Source of the DNA: Histomonas meleagridis 2922-C6/04-290x
Lineage: Eukaryota; Protista; Parabasalia
Direction: 5' to 3'
Assembly: GCA_020184695.1 (NCBI GenBank)
Contig: JAANOX010000102.1
Coordinates: 1 to 64,000 of the forward strand
Length of the DNA stretch: 64,000 bases
The position numbers and the translations under genes were made by a program. Of the stretch, positions 33,101 to 42,968 are shown piece after piece. Position 1 is the stretch's first letter; every line of letters starts with the position of its first letter. Under the pieces are notes generated by a model that was given only the letters and a program-made list of their open reading frames with translations, did not search any database and had not been told where the DNA came from.

Positions 33101-33995
33101 ATCTGATGAAAGGTTAATGCAATTTTTCGCTTTGATTAATGGAGTTCTCCCTAAAAAGATAACGAAAAAAAAGGAGGACGTTTACGTCGCACGTTACACT
33201 ATCGTTCCGCTCACAAAAAACGTCGGTTTAATTGAATGGTTTACGGGAGCCGACACTTTTCATCAACTTGTTGCAGAAAACAGAGAAAGACATGGAATAG
33301 AGAAAAACATTGAATCAATTCGAATTGCACAGATGGTCGCACCTGATTTTTCTCAGGAAACGATGTTACAAAAAATAGAATTGTTCAATGTAATTTCAAA
33401 TGAATTTAAAGCAATGGAATTATTCGAATCAATGTGGCTAAAAGCTTTAAACCCATCAATATGGATGGTGCGTGCCCAAAGATTTACTGTATCTTATGCT
33501 TTAATGGCAATGGTCGGATACATTATTGGTTTAGGAGATCGTCATCCTTCAAACATAATGATACAAAGGGATACTGGGAAAGTTGTTCATATTGATTTTG
33601 GTGATTCTTTTGATGCAGCCACACTTCGATCAGTATTTCCGGAAAAAGTTCCATTTCGTCTGACTCGAATGGTTGTAAATGCACTTGAAGGGTCTTCATC
33701 GTCGGGTCTTTTTAAGGAAATGTGTATCAAAGTCATGCAAGTGATTCGGAGTAACAATGGATTATTATTAAATCATCTCGGAATTTTTGTTGAAGAATCA
33801 CAGGACGACTTTGGAAAGGACAGCACAAATAAAAGGGATCCGTACTTGCTTGAAAGGTGCGAGAAGAAATTGTTTGGAAGGGAATTTTACTCTGAAGAAG
33901 TTAGCGTCGAATACCAAGTGGAAATGCTCATTGGAATTGCAGAGAACCCAGAAAATTACATGCAGCATTATCCTGGATGGTGTCCATTTTGGTGA
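27123..33995 (+). CDS. TOR: TOR-family PIKK kinase (HEAT, FAT, FRB, kinase, FATC)
   Basis: FRB-like AITWFEQWMHSLE; LLKGNEDLRSDERLMQFF; GYIIGLGDRHPSN; VHIDFGD; EKVPFRLTRM; FATC end GWCPFW. Confidence 0.93.
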   Translation: MDLLHQIIKTNLKEWKKQRSEMIGQITSEILGFTEQQISSFYTILESDIKAKIDSDKLEDSLFCLNRISILFYFQRNSDVITMYIPKLIEKIQENKNVLTNAIMKVFEWMSEDSSSFYFIYKELFKIAKDWLKQDVKSQHGSLLILKHMRKIVPKEATNVISSFLKQILQFSISGDQKSKKVALKLLQFFINSPKQKQVQQKLSFLKSTCMEHFHSKNPNEIYCGFFLTKELFECKGFEFTPTFDEICDVIQDKNEEIISIGFEIIFIIANNPAIKMNSDKAIKILFEHGDKSQNLLKLLPKTIESFGERLNTNFLIEQISKYSQNNYCESTEICPFELLSQVLSRYKINIKPEDFHYHFPCSHYINCIKYQKVFLTEAIKTFYKTMKYEDTNYTINLLKLYQISPEIFTEKSDKFLDSLSYLFFSSTNEILRKEILNVFSFINSQKSTDLLFSISLTDQNKSIRLYALNLLKPTPYLSTHKSVTYYLNDPSFKIRRNGMKLLSKLIDYNPFEIRPLIIEHLQVLFELITMSKDAKYSSKYASLLAKITKYTPECIGQCSISLISTVLRIINITLPDNQRKTILNNDDHEIHRSRNPSSHSLVSMNNETVSSSNQYGLFETLPNSLVTLEVDMINKANNYENDKQQKEDLLEQSKSKYSIDLVKVPSLLLNQKQSSKEPNKARLYLIFNSRYIDKRDGYLLKALANIGSSCQPFLTEILLGFTNIFETRKNEELLLTAVNSLTKLSISAYNGFNISLRCPQITTPLINICSTTRNEKLLISIIQLFGSAFDTNDILSNQSLFSNEHSLLVSTDSSYFTRVVLHLLLKHNTITSLSLLKTISMIVENDPYNSSQYLNRIIPIFIELIEKSSSTYRDDAFHYFENLAINSQNDFVPFLPKIQPLLIKFFDSISCVEFCICLSYYFKGSFIVNSIDLYPLALNSLKSQNYLYFKTILKFIVSLIINQHEPFDIFMRYLESNNFSKKNMKYVIKALTVIIQCFDIQMHSNRLVIFGLKVYNQFKLDLNTYFASLVVCADTSFFNFEQFLKVHNIKYEHLNELKELKSNNKIVTIQDAKFIKDLTPHLCIQRISPEYEPPTSFFNDIQYPQKTHIDLWLNNLFDLVVKNSPFSSIRLCSEYISARPKIRHSLFPIAFLSCWKNASQSDRDHFSSIVNHILFEHEKVNKFFIDLIQLTDRALLPLNVDYIRVAELSESLQFSLYILQRMYIQDPKNRKVMELLMNISIKMDRIPIVRSLFNKAESEMNKLEIAKWSGAIGDWEKALEIYQEENVNNKYLTEIINCLGMLNRYEDIDDLKYEYVKLPQEKRSKIDDHFLWTFSYMRENAKVQKILNNLNYYTNERFYFSIYYSILIGEYEKAQNLINMAFQFVSKNITDFKTCDQRAIEELQNVSQILVECQEVLNYKLGKTPSDQMSSFLKRRVKYFQRNKMNWEKIIRIRQLVIPPSKNISFYLPIISQLRKSKYFSLIDLYFQKYMSYGENSLIIIEQVKLMWEKGNKSTTLDAIYNIINSFNIETPEQFVELNEKYHQPFIFFLINKLIKTPSFTEELQDYCLSYYNVESISNFISILESLSPTQQHSFFLVIIRQFPKQVFSCLKYHINSGFYDTNFFSQLYALYAKYILMEKINDFNASKIAAYYFKESLNLNSNNKKAWRSWSYASSLLFSYSRKQLNDPDSNTYASDALNGFLRLMNIQPENDLEHFCQILSVAFNTNEKVLKKYKEKIVTLPKESIKKVLPQLTMKVSHENLYIRNMIVQMLTETGKEYFQQVYFALHPYLCDDGEKSTMAREIAITIRKEHPQVAEDADIFIDGMVSCAITWFEQWMHSLEIAASENRIGNIQNVDYILNERFNDFENPRCELDQLFVRLYQDIIDEASSLFEQDDPKSTQLMWDKLKTLYASLKERMNMLSVIFVDKISPKLVKKKNFNLSVPGYNGMLSSVKPIMDVLETQQHPRCVYFESNDGVQHKFLLKGNEDLRSDERLMQFFALINGVLPKKITKKKEDVYVARYTIVPLTKNVGLIEWFTGADTFHQLVAENRERHGIEKNIESIRIAQMVAPDFSQETMLQKIELFNVISNEFKAMELFESMWLKALNPSIWMVRAQRFTVSYALMAMVGYIIGLGDRHPSNIMIQRDTGKVVHIDFGDSFDAATLRSVFPEKVPFRLTRMVVNALEGSSSSGLFKEMCIKVMQVIRSNNGLLLNHLGIFVEESQDDFGKDSTNKRDPYLLERCEKKLFGREFYSEEVSVEYQVEMLIGIAENPENYMQHYPGWCPFW

Positions 33996-34357
33996 GAATA
34001 CATATTGTTAAATATTTTCATGGAATTTTTTTGTGAATCTTTTAATTTTAATAAAAATGTAAGATCTATCTATCTAACAACCAGTTATCTAATTTAATTA
34101 TAATTAAAAAAAAATTAAAATGAGTTCTCTTTTTGAAAAATTGGTACCAATTCAAAAAAAAGTAAAAGTTGCCGTTGGACTTAATATTTGTGCAAGCAAT
34201 GAGACATAATTATCTTCGTAGTTAAAATTTATTTAGTAATTGATGGTTGTTGACTGTTTTATTTTGGCTCAATTTTATTTGTCAATTTTGATTTTATACA
34301 ATTTTGGTTTGGCGGTCTAAACGGTTTATGTGAAAATGCATTCGCACTTTTAAGCAA

Positions 34358-34960
34358 ATGACCAAACAGCCGCAACATAAAATCGTATTCATTGGAAATT
34401 CTGCTGTAGGAAAAACATCAATTATTAACCAATACACATTCGGCTCATCAAGTGAGGATCATCAGCCAACAGTCGGAATTGACTTTTTTGCAAAACAAAT
34501 TAATGTTGATGGCAAACAAATTCGTCTTCAAATTTGGGACACAGCTGGACAAGAAAAATTCAAATCTTTGATTCCTTCATATGTACGTACTTCTACTGTT
34601 GCTGTTTATGTTTTTGATATCACATCACGCGAATCTTTCGAAGAACTTGAAAAATGGCACAAAATGGTCATTGAGCTTGCAAATCCATCTGTTATTGTTG
34701 TAGGCAATAAAACTGATCTTGCTGAAAGTCGTACAGTATCAACTGAAGAAGCGAAGAAATATGCGGAATCATTAGGTGCGCAATACATAGAAACAAGTGC
34801 TCGCACTCCTTCAAACATACAAGAACTATTTCTTCTTGCAGCACGCCAAAAGATTCCAGAAGCCGAACCAAGTCCCACTGGCGAAGGTCCAAACCAACCA
34901 CAAACAGTTGAGATTAAAAAGGATCAACAAAGCGCTCCTTCAGGTGGATGTGGTTGTTAA
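34358..34960 (+). CDS. RAB6: Rab6-like small GTPase
   Basis: GNSAVGKT, PTVGIDF, RLQIWDTAGQEKFKSLIPSYVR, NKTDL, ETSA, and a C-terminal CXC (GGCGC). Confidence 0.88.
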   Translation: MTKQPQHKIVFIGNSAVGKTSIINQYTFGSSSEDHQPTVGIDFFAKQINVDGKQIRLQIWDTAGQEKFKSLIPSYVRTSTVAVYVFDITSRESFEELEKWHKMVIELANPSVIVVGNKTDLAESRTVSTEEAKKYAESLGAQYIETSARTPSNIQELFLLAARQKIPEAEPSPTGEGPNQPQTVEIKKDQQSAPSGGCGC

Positions 34961-35128
34961 ATTCATTCTTCTCTCAAACAAAATTGAATAAAATAAGCAA
35001 TAAGAAGTGTTTTCAGATCACATCCACATAAGATAATTCAAGTAAATCTTGCAGAAAGTTCAATAATTTTCAATCTTTTTTTATTTATTTATATATAAGT
35101 ATTGGATATATTTATTATTATCGAATTC

Positions 35129-35200
35129 TCTCCCGTAGTGTAATGGTTAGCACATGGGACTTTGAATCCCGGGACGGAGGTTCGATTCCTCCCGGGAGAA
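35129..35200 (+). tRNA. tRNA-Gln(UUG)
   Basis: Acceptor stem TCTCCCG/CGGGAGA, anticodon arm TGGGA-CTTTGAA-TCCCG, T arm GGAGG-TTCGATT-CCTCC, and a T-run terminator at 35205. Confidence 0.95.
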
Positions 35201-35242
35201 TTCGTTTTTTATTTTTTTTCAAAATTTGTTTTTTAGCTTTAT

Positions 35243-37975
35243 TCACATTTTATTTAATAGAATTGTTGCTATAGCATTTTCGATCGATTGTTTTGGACCA
35301 ATCTTCAACATTTTTCTAACTTTTGCTTCCATATTCATCAAAGAAGACATTTTAGATTTTATATTACATATAAAATATTCGAAATTATCTTCATTTAATT
35401 CTTCATTAACATCAAAAAGAGAACAAAAATGAAAAGCAATATAAGCGAAAGTAGTTCTCTTTAAGTCATTTAGTTTTGTTTTATATTCAACGAGTTTATT
35501 TTGATAATTATGTTGTATATTTATAAGTTGTGTGTTATGTTTCATTTCTATTAACTGTTTTTCTCTTTCTATTTCTTTCTTAATATTATTTAATTTCATT
35601 TCCATTGTCTTTAACTTCATTAACAAATCCGTATTTTGTGTTTGGAATTCATTTTTTTCATTTTGAAGCTTTTTATTAATATTATTTAAAGAATCGATTT
35701 CATTTTGAAGATCGAAAATTTGATTTTTCATTTGTTCAATTTCTGTTAAAAATTTTTGTTGAAAAGTTTCACATTCAAATGAATGTTTTTGCTTATTTTC
35801 ATTAATAATTTTATTATTTTTGTTTTGTAATTCTTCTTTAGCGTTTCTTAAAATTTTATTTTGTTGTTTTATCATTTGAATAGTATTTTCTAATTTAACA
35901 TTTTGTTGTGAAATTAATTCACTTTTCCCTACGATTTCGTAATATTTTATTTGTTGATCTTTTATTTGTTGATTTAATTGTGATATTTTATTAATGAAAT
36001 TTGTTTCTTTTGTATTAAAAAGTATTTCATTTTCTTTAATTTGCTTTTCTATTGAACATTTTTCTTCATTTTGTTTTTGGATTTGATCATTAAGTTCAGA
36101 AATTTGTTGTTCTAAAAAAGAAATTTTTTCTTTTTGTTTATTCATTAAATTATTTGTTTGATTAATTATTTTTTTCTTATTTTTCATTTCTTTATTAAGA
36201 TCAAATATATTATTTTGAAATTGCTTAATTGCTTCTTCTGCACTTTGTAAATTATCTGCTTTTAATAATATTAATATATTAAAAATTTTATTTTCGAATT
36301 CTGTAATTTTTTCTTTTGATTTTTTAATTTTCATTTTTAATTTTTGTATTAATAATTTTAACTTATTCATACATTCTTTATCATTTAAACTCGAAATTTC
36401 GGGAAATATTTCTTTAAATAATTGGTTAATATTATCAATATTCTCTTGTAGAATATCATTTTTTTCTTTATATGTTTTTAGTTCTTTATTAATTCTTTCA
36501 TTCTTGGATTGAAAGTAATTCGAAATAATCAGAAAAATATGACGAAGTTTCGTTGGCGCTTGTAATGAATTATTGTTTTGAATTTGTGTTATCATTTTGG
36601 TTAATTCGTCAGGAAATTCATTGATTGATGAAGTCGCAAGTGATATTAATTCGATCGAATCATTATTTTGTTGAATCTTTGGTTTGTTCATTTTTGTTGT
36701 TATTTGTTTTGGCTTTTGCTTGATTGTATCATTCATAAGTTGACTTTGTTCGTTGTATAATTTCGTAAGATTTTCAATTTGTGATTTTAATGTTTGAATA
36801 TTTTCATTTAATAATTCGTTTTCTACAATTTTATCATCAATAATATTGGAATAATTTTGGGATTCAGTAATTTTGTTGTTTAATTGGATTTTAATTTTAT
36901 TATTTTCTTCTTGTAATTCGCTGATTGTTTTTTGTTGTGTTTTTATTTGTATTTGATCTTTTTCGATAACTTCTGTTAGTTCTTTGATTTTTTCTTCATA
37001 TTGATGTTTTTTAAATTGAAATGTTTTGTTTTCTTCTTTAAGTTGTTCTATTTTTGTTATCTTTTCTTCTTTTATTTGTTCAAAATTATGAATTTTATTT
37101 AATAAAATTTGGATTTGTTTCTTTCCACTTTCTTTTGCTTCTTCAGAATCTTTTAGTTGCTCTAACAAAAGTTTTATTTTTGCATTAAGTTCATTTATTT
37201 CAGAAGTGGATTTACTTTGTTCTTCAGCAGATTTCGTTTGAATTTGAACAACTAATGAAGAATTCTCGTTTAGCAATTTCTCATTTAAATCTTTTAGATC
37301 TTTGTTTTCTGACTTTAAGAGTTTGTATTTATTTTTAATTGTCTCTATTTCAAAATTTATTTCTTTGATAGAATTCTCATATGATTTTTTTATTTGTAAA
37401 ATCTGCAAATCATGTTCAGATTTGAGAACTTTGATTAATTTGTTTTTTCTTTTCTTTTTGTGTGGCTTTGAATTTATTTCTTTGTTTTCAGAATTGGAAT
37501 TTTTGGGTGTTTTTAATATTTGAATTAATAATTCTGGTTCACGAATTTCTTGATCAAAGTAATTGTTAGCTGATGCAAGAATTGATGATAGAACATTTTC
37601 TTGATTTTGAAACTTTTTATTTGTTTCCTCAATTTGATTTTTTAGATTCAAAATTTGATTGTTTAAGTCAGACATTATTTTTTCATTAGCTTCTTTTTCT
37701 GTTTTATAGTTATTTTCAATTCGAGAAGCATCAAATTTATTTTTTTGCTCTTCTTCCAACTGATTTTTTAGTTCATAAACAGACTGAATAGTAATATTTA
37801 ATCTACAAATAAGATCTTCTTTTTCCCCTTCTAGAGTTCGAACTGCATTTCTTAATTCTGCATTCTGATTGTATACCTCCCTTATATAATCTGGTACTCC
37901 ATTTCGAATTTTTGGAAAATCACATAAGTTTGATTCTAGGCTTGAGGCACTGCGTTTTTGTGTGGTTTCATCCAT
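35243..37975 (-). CDS. Long coiled-coil protein
   Basis: K/E/Q/N-rich heptad ORF of ~910 aa; first ATG at 37975 (the track start at 38008 is TTG). Confidence 0.8.
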   Translation of the reverse strand: MDETTQKRSASSLESNLCDFPKIRNGVPDYIREVYNQNAELRNAVRTLEGEKEDLICRLNITIQSVYELKNQLEEEQKNKFDASRIENNYKTEKEANEKIMSDLNNQILNLKNQIEETNKKFQNQENVLSSILASANNYFDQEIREPELLIQILKTPKNSNSENKEINSKPHKKKRKNKLIKVLKSEHDLQILQIKKSYENSIKEINFEIETIKNKYKLLKSENKDLKDLNEKLLNENSSLVVQIQTKSAEEQSKSTSEINELNAKIKLLLEQLKDSEEAKESGKKQIQILLNKIHNFEQIKEEKITKIEQLKEENKTFQFKKHQYEEKIKELTEVIEKDQIQIKTQQKTISELQEENNKIKIQLNNKITESQNYSNIIDDKIVENELLNENIQTLKSQIENLTKLYNEQSQLMNDTIKQKPKQITTKMNKPKIQQNNDSIELISLATSSINEFPDELTKMITQIQNNNSLQAPTKLRHIFLIISNYFQSKNERINKELKTYKEKNDILQENIDNINQLFKEIFPEISSLNDKECMNKLKLLIQKLKMKIKKSKEKITEFENKIFNILILLKADNLQSAEEAIKQFQNNIFDLNKEMKNKKKIINQTNNLMNKQKEKISFLEQQISELNDQIQKQNEEKCSIEKQIKENEILFNTKETNFINKISQLNQQIKDQQIKYYEIVGKSELISQQNVKLENTIQMIKQQNKILRNAKEELQNKNNKIINENKQKHSFECETFQQKFLTEIEQMKNQIFDLQNEIDSLNNINKKLQNEKNEFQTQNTDLLMKLKTMEMKLNNIKKEIEREKQLIEMKHNTQLINIQHNYQNKLVEYKTKLNDLKRTTFAYIAFHFCSLFDVNEELNEDNFEYFICNIKSKMSSLMNMEAKVRKMLKIGPKQSIENAIATILLNKM

Positions 37976-38225
37976 TTTCTTTCTGTACGTTAAAGCATAA
38001 TAGAACAAGAAAAAGCTATCTCATGAATTAAAAAATTCGATAACAAAGCCTAACAAACCTTAACCTACGTGGTCAATATCCAGCAATTCACATATGCGAA
38101 ATAAGACTCTAGAAATTTTCTCATTTCATCAAATTTGAAACATTTAAATTTTTATCACACATTTTCTTAAAAACAACATAAACGTAAGTATTACATATAA
38201 TTTATTCCATAATAAGTGAAACTTA

Positions 38226-39614
38226 TTATGCATGAATTCTCAATGATGAAAATTCAAAATCATCAAATTGTTGATCATCATCGCAATCATCAGAGTTTAG
38301 TTCGAGCTCTCTTTCATACAAGTAGCCAGAATTTTCTGTATGAACCAAATCATATTCATTATAAAATTCTGCATCATCATTTTCTGTTTCACATTGTTTG
38401 TCGATGATTTGAGACATCTTAGCAAACTCTCCACTTAGGTAGTTATCCCATTTTTGATTTTTATCTTTGAACTTATATCCAGATTTTATAACAAGATTTG
38501 TTATTTCAATCAGATGTCCATAATACATTGCATTATTAATATTTTCCCTATTGATGAAAGCACCAGATATTTTTTCTCTAATGTTTATTATTTCAAAGAT
38601 TTTTTTTGATTTATCAATTGTTACTTGTAACAAAGATAAAACAGTACAGTGAAGTATCGAATGAAAAGGGAATTTAAACATATCGTTAAAAAGTTTCACC
38701 ACAATTTCATAAAACAAATCAGGAAAATCATCACTTTCGCACAAGCACAAAGAGTGCAGAAGAAGTCGAACAGCACTTTCAATTGACTCATTGAAAATTT
38801 CTGAGTCTTTGACAAAACCGCAAATCCGGTCAATTTTGCCGATAACAAAAGTGGATATTTTGAATGTCGAATCATCTTCGTCACAAAGGGATGATAATTC
38901 AAGAAGAAAGTTAAAGGAAGAAGCTGAAACTCTTTTGTTTCTCGAATTCAAAGCAATGTTCAAAATAGCTTCAAGTTTTGATTCATCAAAAAAATATGTT
39001 ATCAAAGGAGAATTGGAATACCCATTTATTGCAAAATTTGTTAATATTTCCAAGGCCATCCAATTAACTTCTTCATCATCTCCAATTTTCATGAAAATTT
39101 TCTCTGTTATTTTGGATTTTATAAAGATATCTTGTTGTTGAAGTTGTGCTATAGAATACAAAAATGAATAGTACACAGGCGCCTTGATGTTTTTCACAAG
39201 TAACGATAATAAATCATCTAATTTTTCGTAATTGGCAAAAATCATTCCATCTCCAGATTTAATCAAATTACTTAAAATTTGTAATGCTGGTGCAACAATG
39301 CTTTCACATCCATTGTAATTTGACATTATAAAGTTATGAATATGAGTAAGAAAGTTTTTATCTTTCATCTTTGATTGAAATAAAGGACAACTTGTAGTTA
39401 AAAAGAAAAGGCAATTTTGCCTTACAATATCTGAATCTGGTTGTTTTTCTCCAAGTGCATAGGATAAAACATCGTTAATGTTTTTTTTTAGATAATCGAT
39501 TAAACCTTGATGTTGTTCCGTAAAAAGGCAACGAATTTGACTGAAATGGGCCAGCAAAGAAACTGTGCAGTCATCTCTTTGGAGAAGATTGGTTATTCTT
39601 TGTTTCCCAAGCAT
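38226..39614 (-). CDS. SIT4/PP6 phosphatase-associated (SAPS-like) protein
   Basis: ITNLLQRDDCTVSLL...LIDYL at the start, FPFHSILHCTVLSLL, YYGHLIEITNLV, and an acidic tail. Confidence 0.7.
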   Translation of the reverse strand: MLGKQRITNLLQRDDCTVSLLAHFSQIRCLFTEQHQGLIDYLKKNINDVLSYALGEKQPDSDIVRQNCLFFLTTSCPLFQSKMKDKNFLTHIHNFIMSNYNGCESIVAPALQILSNLIKSGDGMIFANYEKLDDLLSLLVKNIKAPVYYSFLYSIAQLQQQDIFIKSKITEKIFMKIGDDEEVNWMALEILTNFAINGYSNSPLITYFFDESKLEAILNIALNSRNKRVSASSFNFLLELSSLCDEDDSTFKISTFVIGKIDRICGFVKDSEIFNESIESAVRLLLHSLCLCESDDFPDLFYEIVVKLFNDMFKFPFHSILHCTVLSLLQVTIDKSKKIFEIINIREKISGAFINRENINNAMYYGHLIEITNLVIKSGYKFKDKNQKWDNYLSGEFAKMSQIIDKQCETENDDAEFYNEYDLVHTENSGYLYERELELNSDDCDDDQQFDDFEFSSLRIHA

Positions 39615-40032
39615 TTTTTTATTTTTTCAAAGTCTACCTGCCGCGACTTTTTCAATGATTAAACAATCTGCCTCCCTCACAAATTCAATACGCATCCACC
39701 TTCGGCTCAGAAAAAGTTGTTCTCCAAAATCACAACTGCGAACCCTTCACATAAATCTCATTCAAGGGAATTTATCAATGTATAAATAAGTCCAACAAGA
39801 TATTTTTTCTGTGCTTCCATAAGGCACGACAATCATACATTTGTACGAAATCTTTTCCAGATAATTATTATATCTTTATTATTTTTGATACACATTCAAA
39901 CTTTTCAAATTATTTAACCAAATAAAATTTATAAATCTTAACAGCAAATGAAACAATTAATAATTTAAGCAATGGATTTTGTACAAAATTTATTAAAGTT
40001 TGATTAACTTCTATTTCATGGGTTTTCGATCT

Positions 40033-40839
40033 TTAAAATATAATTTCATCTTCTTTTGTGTCTTTTAAGAACTGATTTGGTCTATGTCTCATTAAATGAA
40101 CTCTCTTTTGGTCAACATCACTCAGAACTTGTTCATTTGCATTTAATAGATCAATTTCATTTTCTGTTAAGTCAACGAATTCATGGATACGAAAGCAGCC
40201 TTGTTTATGAAAGAAGCTTCCGTCTATAGCGATAATTCCAAGAAGACGCGCAAATATATATTTGTCTATTTTGAATATATAATCAGTGACCCAAATAACA
40301 CCAATTATTGGATATAATTCTGGTCTCTTTTCTGTGATGCTGAGAGCATTATGAAGTTTGTATGGAAACTTGGCGTGAGAATTACTTTTCACTTGGAAGA
40401 ACGTTCGTATTAGTTTTTCGAATGTAAAAGTTTCTTTGGCGAAGAATTTGGCAGGATAAAAATTATATTCAACTGAAGAAAAAGTTAATGTCTTGTCTTC
40501 GAGACACTGAATAAAAAAATCATTTGAACCAACAGGAACATCTTCAAGTTCTTGTGGATATTTTTTTGGTCGCTTGGGTTGTTTGGATGAAATATGGATA
40601 TTCAATATTGAATTAGGCGCACGCTTTGATGGTGAACCAAATTCTGTAGTGGAGCTATTGGTGACGAATGGAAGAAATTTTTCTTGTTGGAATAATTCTG
40701 CATCGATGCAGAAAGGAAGATAATTTTTGGAAAAAATATCAGCGTTATTTGTTATCAGAGAAGGATTTGAATCGTTTTGGCTTTGCTCATTTTCTTTTTG
40801 TGATTTCTCTTGATCGAAAATAAATTCTTCTTCTTCCAT
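40033..40839 (-). CDS. Initiator-binding domain (IBP39-family IBD) protein
   Basis: KFPYKLHNALSITEKRPELYPIIGVIWVTDYIFKIDKYIFARLLGI...FFHKQGCFRIHEF, typical of the expanded parabasalid IBD family. Confidence 0.75.
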   Translation of the reverse strand: MEEEEFIFDQEKSQKENEQSQNDSNPSLITNNADIFSKNYLPFCIDAELFQQEKFLPFVTNSSTTEFGSPSKRAPNSILNIHISSKQPKRPKKYPQELEDVPVGSNDFFIQCLEDKTLTFSSVEYNFYPAKFFAKETFTFEKLIRTFFQVKSNSHAKFPYKLHNALSITEKRPELYPIIGVIWVTDYIFKIDKYIFARLLGIIAIDGSFFHKQGCFRIHEFVDLTENEIDLLNANEQVLSDVDQKRVHLMRHRPNQFLKDTKEDEIIF

Positions 40840-41312
40840 TTTTTCTTGTTATCGGCCGTTTACTTTTGAAGTGAAATGATTTAACGTACAAAATGCGTAA
40901 GGTAAACTTTCAGCTATTTTTTCCTCCATTACTATAAATTTAGTTCATGAACATGCACTTAATCAACTCCAATGTAGCGAATTTGTCGAGAAAAAGTACT
41001 TTCGTTTGATAAATTCGCAATTCCTATTTTTCCCCTATTTGTATATTTGATATTCTAATATATGCCTCTATGCCGCCTTCATAACTATTTTGTCTAACGA
41101 TAATATTAATTCATTTTGTTAAATTGTTTTCACTTTTTTTCATAGCTAATTATTTGTTCGCATTCCTTAAGTACTGTAGCTAACATTGTTTGCCTTGTTG
41201 AACCAAAAAGTATCAAACGTCTATTTATGAAAAAATATTTCATTTGACAAAAAAAGAAAATTCCAGTGGAGATAACATATTTACTCTATTCCAATTATAT
41301 CTAAAAGTCCTT

Positions 41313-42602
41313 TTAGTGTCCTAAGTAATTTGAAGCAATAGATAAATCGGAGAAAAGAATTGGGAAAGATTTCTTCATTTTTGAAGGTGCATTTCCTGTG
41401 AGTACAAATAGCGTATCTGCAATTCCTCCGATCAAAGAAACGAAGTTACAGCATCTAAAGAACGTTAAAAAGACAGTAAAAATGACAATTAACCCCAACG
41501 CATATGGATCGACCACAAAGCCATTCGAAACCAAATATCCGGCAATGCCTGCAAAGGATGCTATTGCCATTGAGAACATTAAGCTAGAGCTATACACTTG
41601 TGAATGATCTGCTAATGATACCATCTTTGTAGATCGTTCAAGTTCTTGTTGCCTCATATCTCCGGCACCAAAATCAATGCCAAAGGCTGCGCAGTACACA
41701 AGTGTTATTTCTGACTGTTCTATTAATTTTGTGTATTTGATATATGGAAATAGTCGAGCTAACCAAAGGTAAGGAGAAACGAAGGCAGAATAAGCAATAG
41801 TTCCTAGTGATGACATTATCGCGTGCTTTACAAGTAGAAGAATAGGTGATCTGGGCATTCGTAATGTACCGCCAAAATCGATGTTAAGAATGGTAAAGCC
41901 TGAAGAAACAAATATGCAAAAGTGCGATATGAAGGAATTTATCCAAAAGTAAGAGAGAGCAAGTAAAATGTGGAGGAATTTGCTCCATTCAAGAACTTGG
42001 ATTCTATGAGAAACCCATATATAAAGAGTAGAAGGAATAATGGAAATAAAATTCATTATAAATGTGAATAATAAAAGTTTCGGATTACTTGTTTGGATAT
42101 TTGATATGGAAGATAATAAACTTATCGATGATTTCTTGTAAGATCTTAGAGTTACCACTAAAGCAATGGATTCAGCTGTGAGTGGTATAAGGATAATCGC
42201 TGAAAAATTCTTGAAGATTAGCATATATAAAACAAAGGTGATTATAAACAAACCTGCTGAAACAAAATATGATGCAGAAATGAAATAATTTGGTACGTAG
42301 ATTTGGAAAATAGCAAATATTAAAACAAAACAAATGCTTGCTAATGGAGGAACTAATGTAAGAGCAAGGATTTTTGATGTAGGCTCCGCTTCATAATATC
42401 TGTCTGGATCATAAGAAATAAGGGCGATTGAAATTATTAATGTAATAAACAAATTCGCTAAGAAGATTAGAGCAAACAATCCATCATTTCTTTGACGTTT
42501 TGCAAAAACTTTTAAATAAAGCTCGTCTTCGTTTATGGTAGGTTGTTCTTCACTGTTATGTTGATCTTCGTGTAAAAGGGGCGTTCTTTCTTCCTCAGAC
42601 AT
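41313..42602 (-). CDS. Choline transporter-like (CTL/SLC44) membrane protein
   Basis: About ten hydrophobic segments; RNDGLFALIF, SLGTIAYSAF and IADTLFV motifs. Confidence 0.7.
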   Translation of the reverse strand: MSEEERTPLLHEDQHNSEEQPTINEDELYLKVFAKRQRNDGLFALIFLANLFITLIISIALISYDPDRYYEAEPTSKILALTLVPPLASICFVLIFAIFQIYVPNYFISASYFVSAGLFIITFVLYMLIFKNFSAIILIPLTAESIALVVTLRSYKKSSISLLSSISNIQTSNPKLLLFTFIMNFISIIPSTLYIWVSHRIQVLEWSKFLHILLALSYFWINSFISHFCIFVSSGFTILNIDFGGTLRMPRSPILLLVKHAIMSSLGTIAYSAFVSPYLWLARLFPYIKYTKLIEQSEITLVYCAAFGIDFGAGDMRQQELERSTKMVSLADHSQVYSSSLMFSMAIASFAGIAGYLVSNGFVVDPYALGLIVIFTVFLTFFRCCNFVSLIGGIADTLFVLTGNAPSKMKKSFPILFSDLSIASNYLGH

Positions 42603-42968
42603 TTCTATGAATTCAACTTTCGTTCAAATGATAACGATACAAAACGATACAACTCAAGCATGCTTCATAAATCATCAATATCTGAATAAACTAGAACCAA
42701 TCAGTTTTTTGAATAAAAAACCATAGCAATCCTTGTTCTAGCAAACCAATGAAGTCTGAATTTTTATGTTTTATTTTGGAGTTATGGATCAATAGAATGA
42801 ATATTATAATTACATATTACAAAATGGAACTCACCAAAAACTTTCCAGAGGTTATTTTCTGGTTGCACCGTGCCCAGTGATAAATGCAAGATAAGTTTAT
42901 TTGAAATTGAACATTAAAACAAAAACTCTTCAAATTTGATTAATTTCGAACTTTTCCCTATAATCTTA

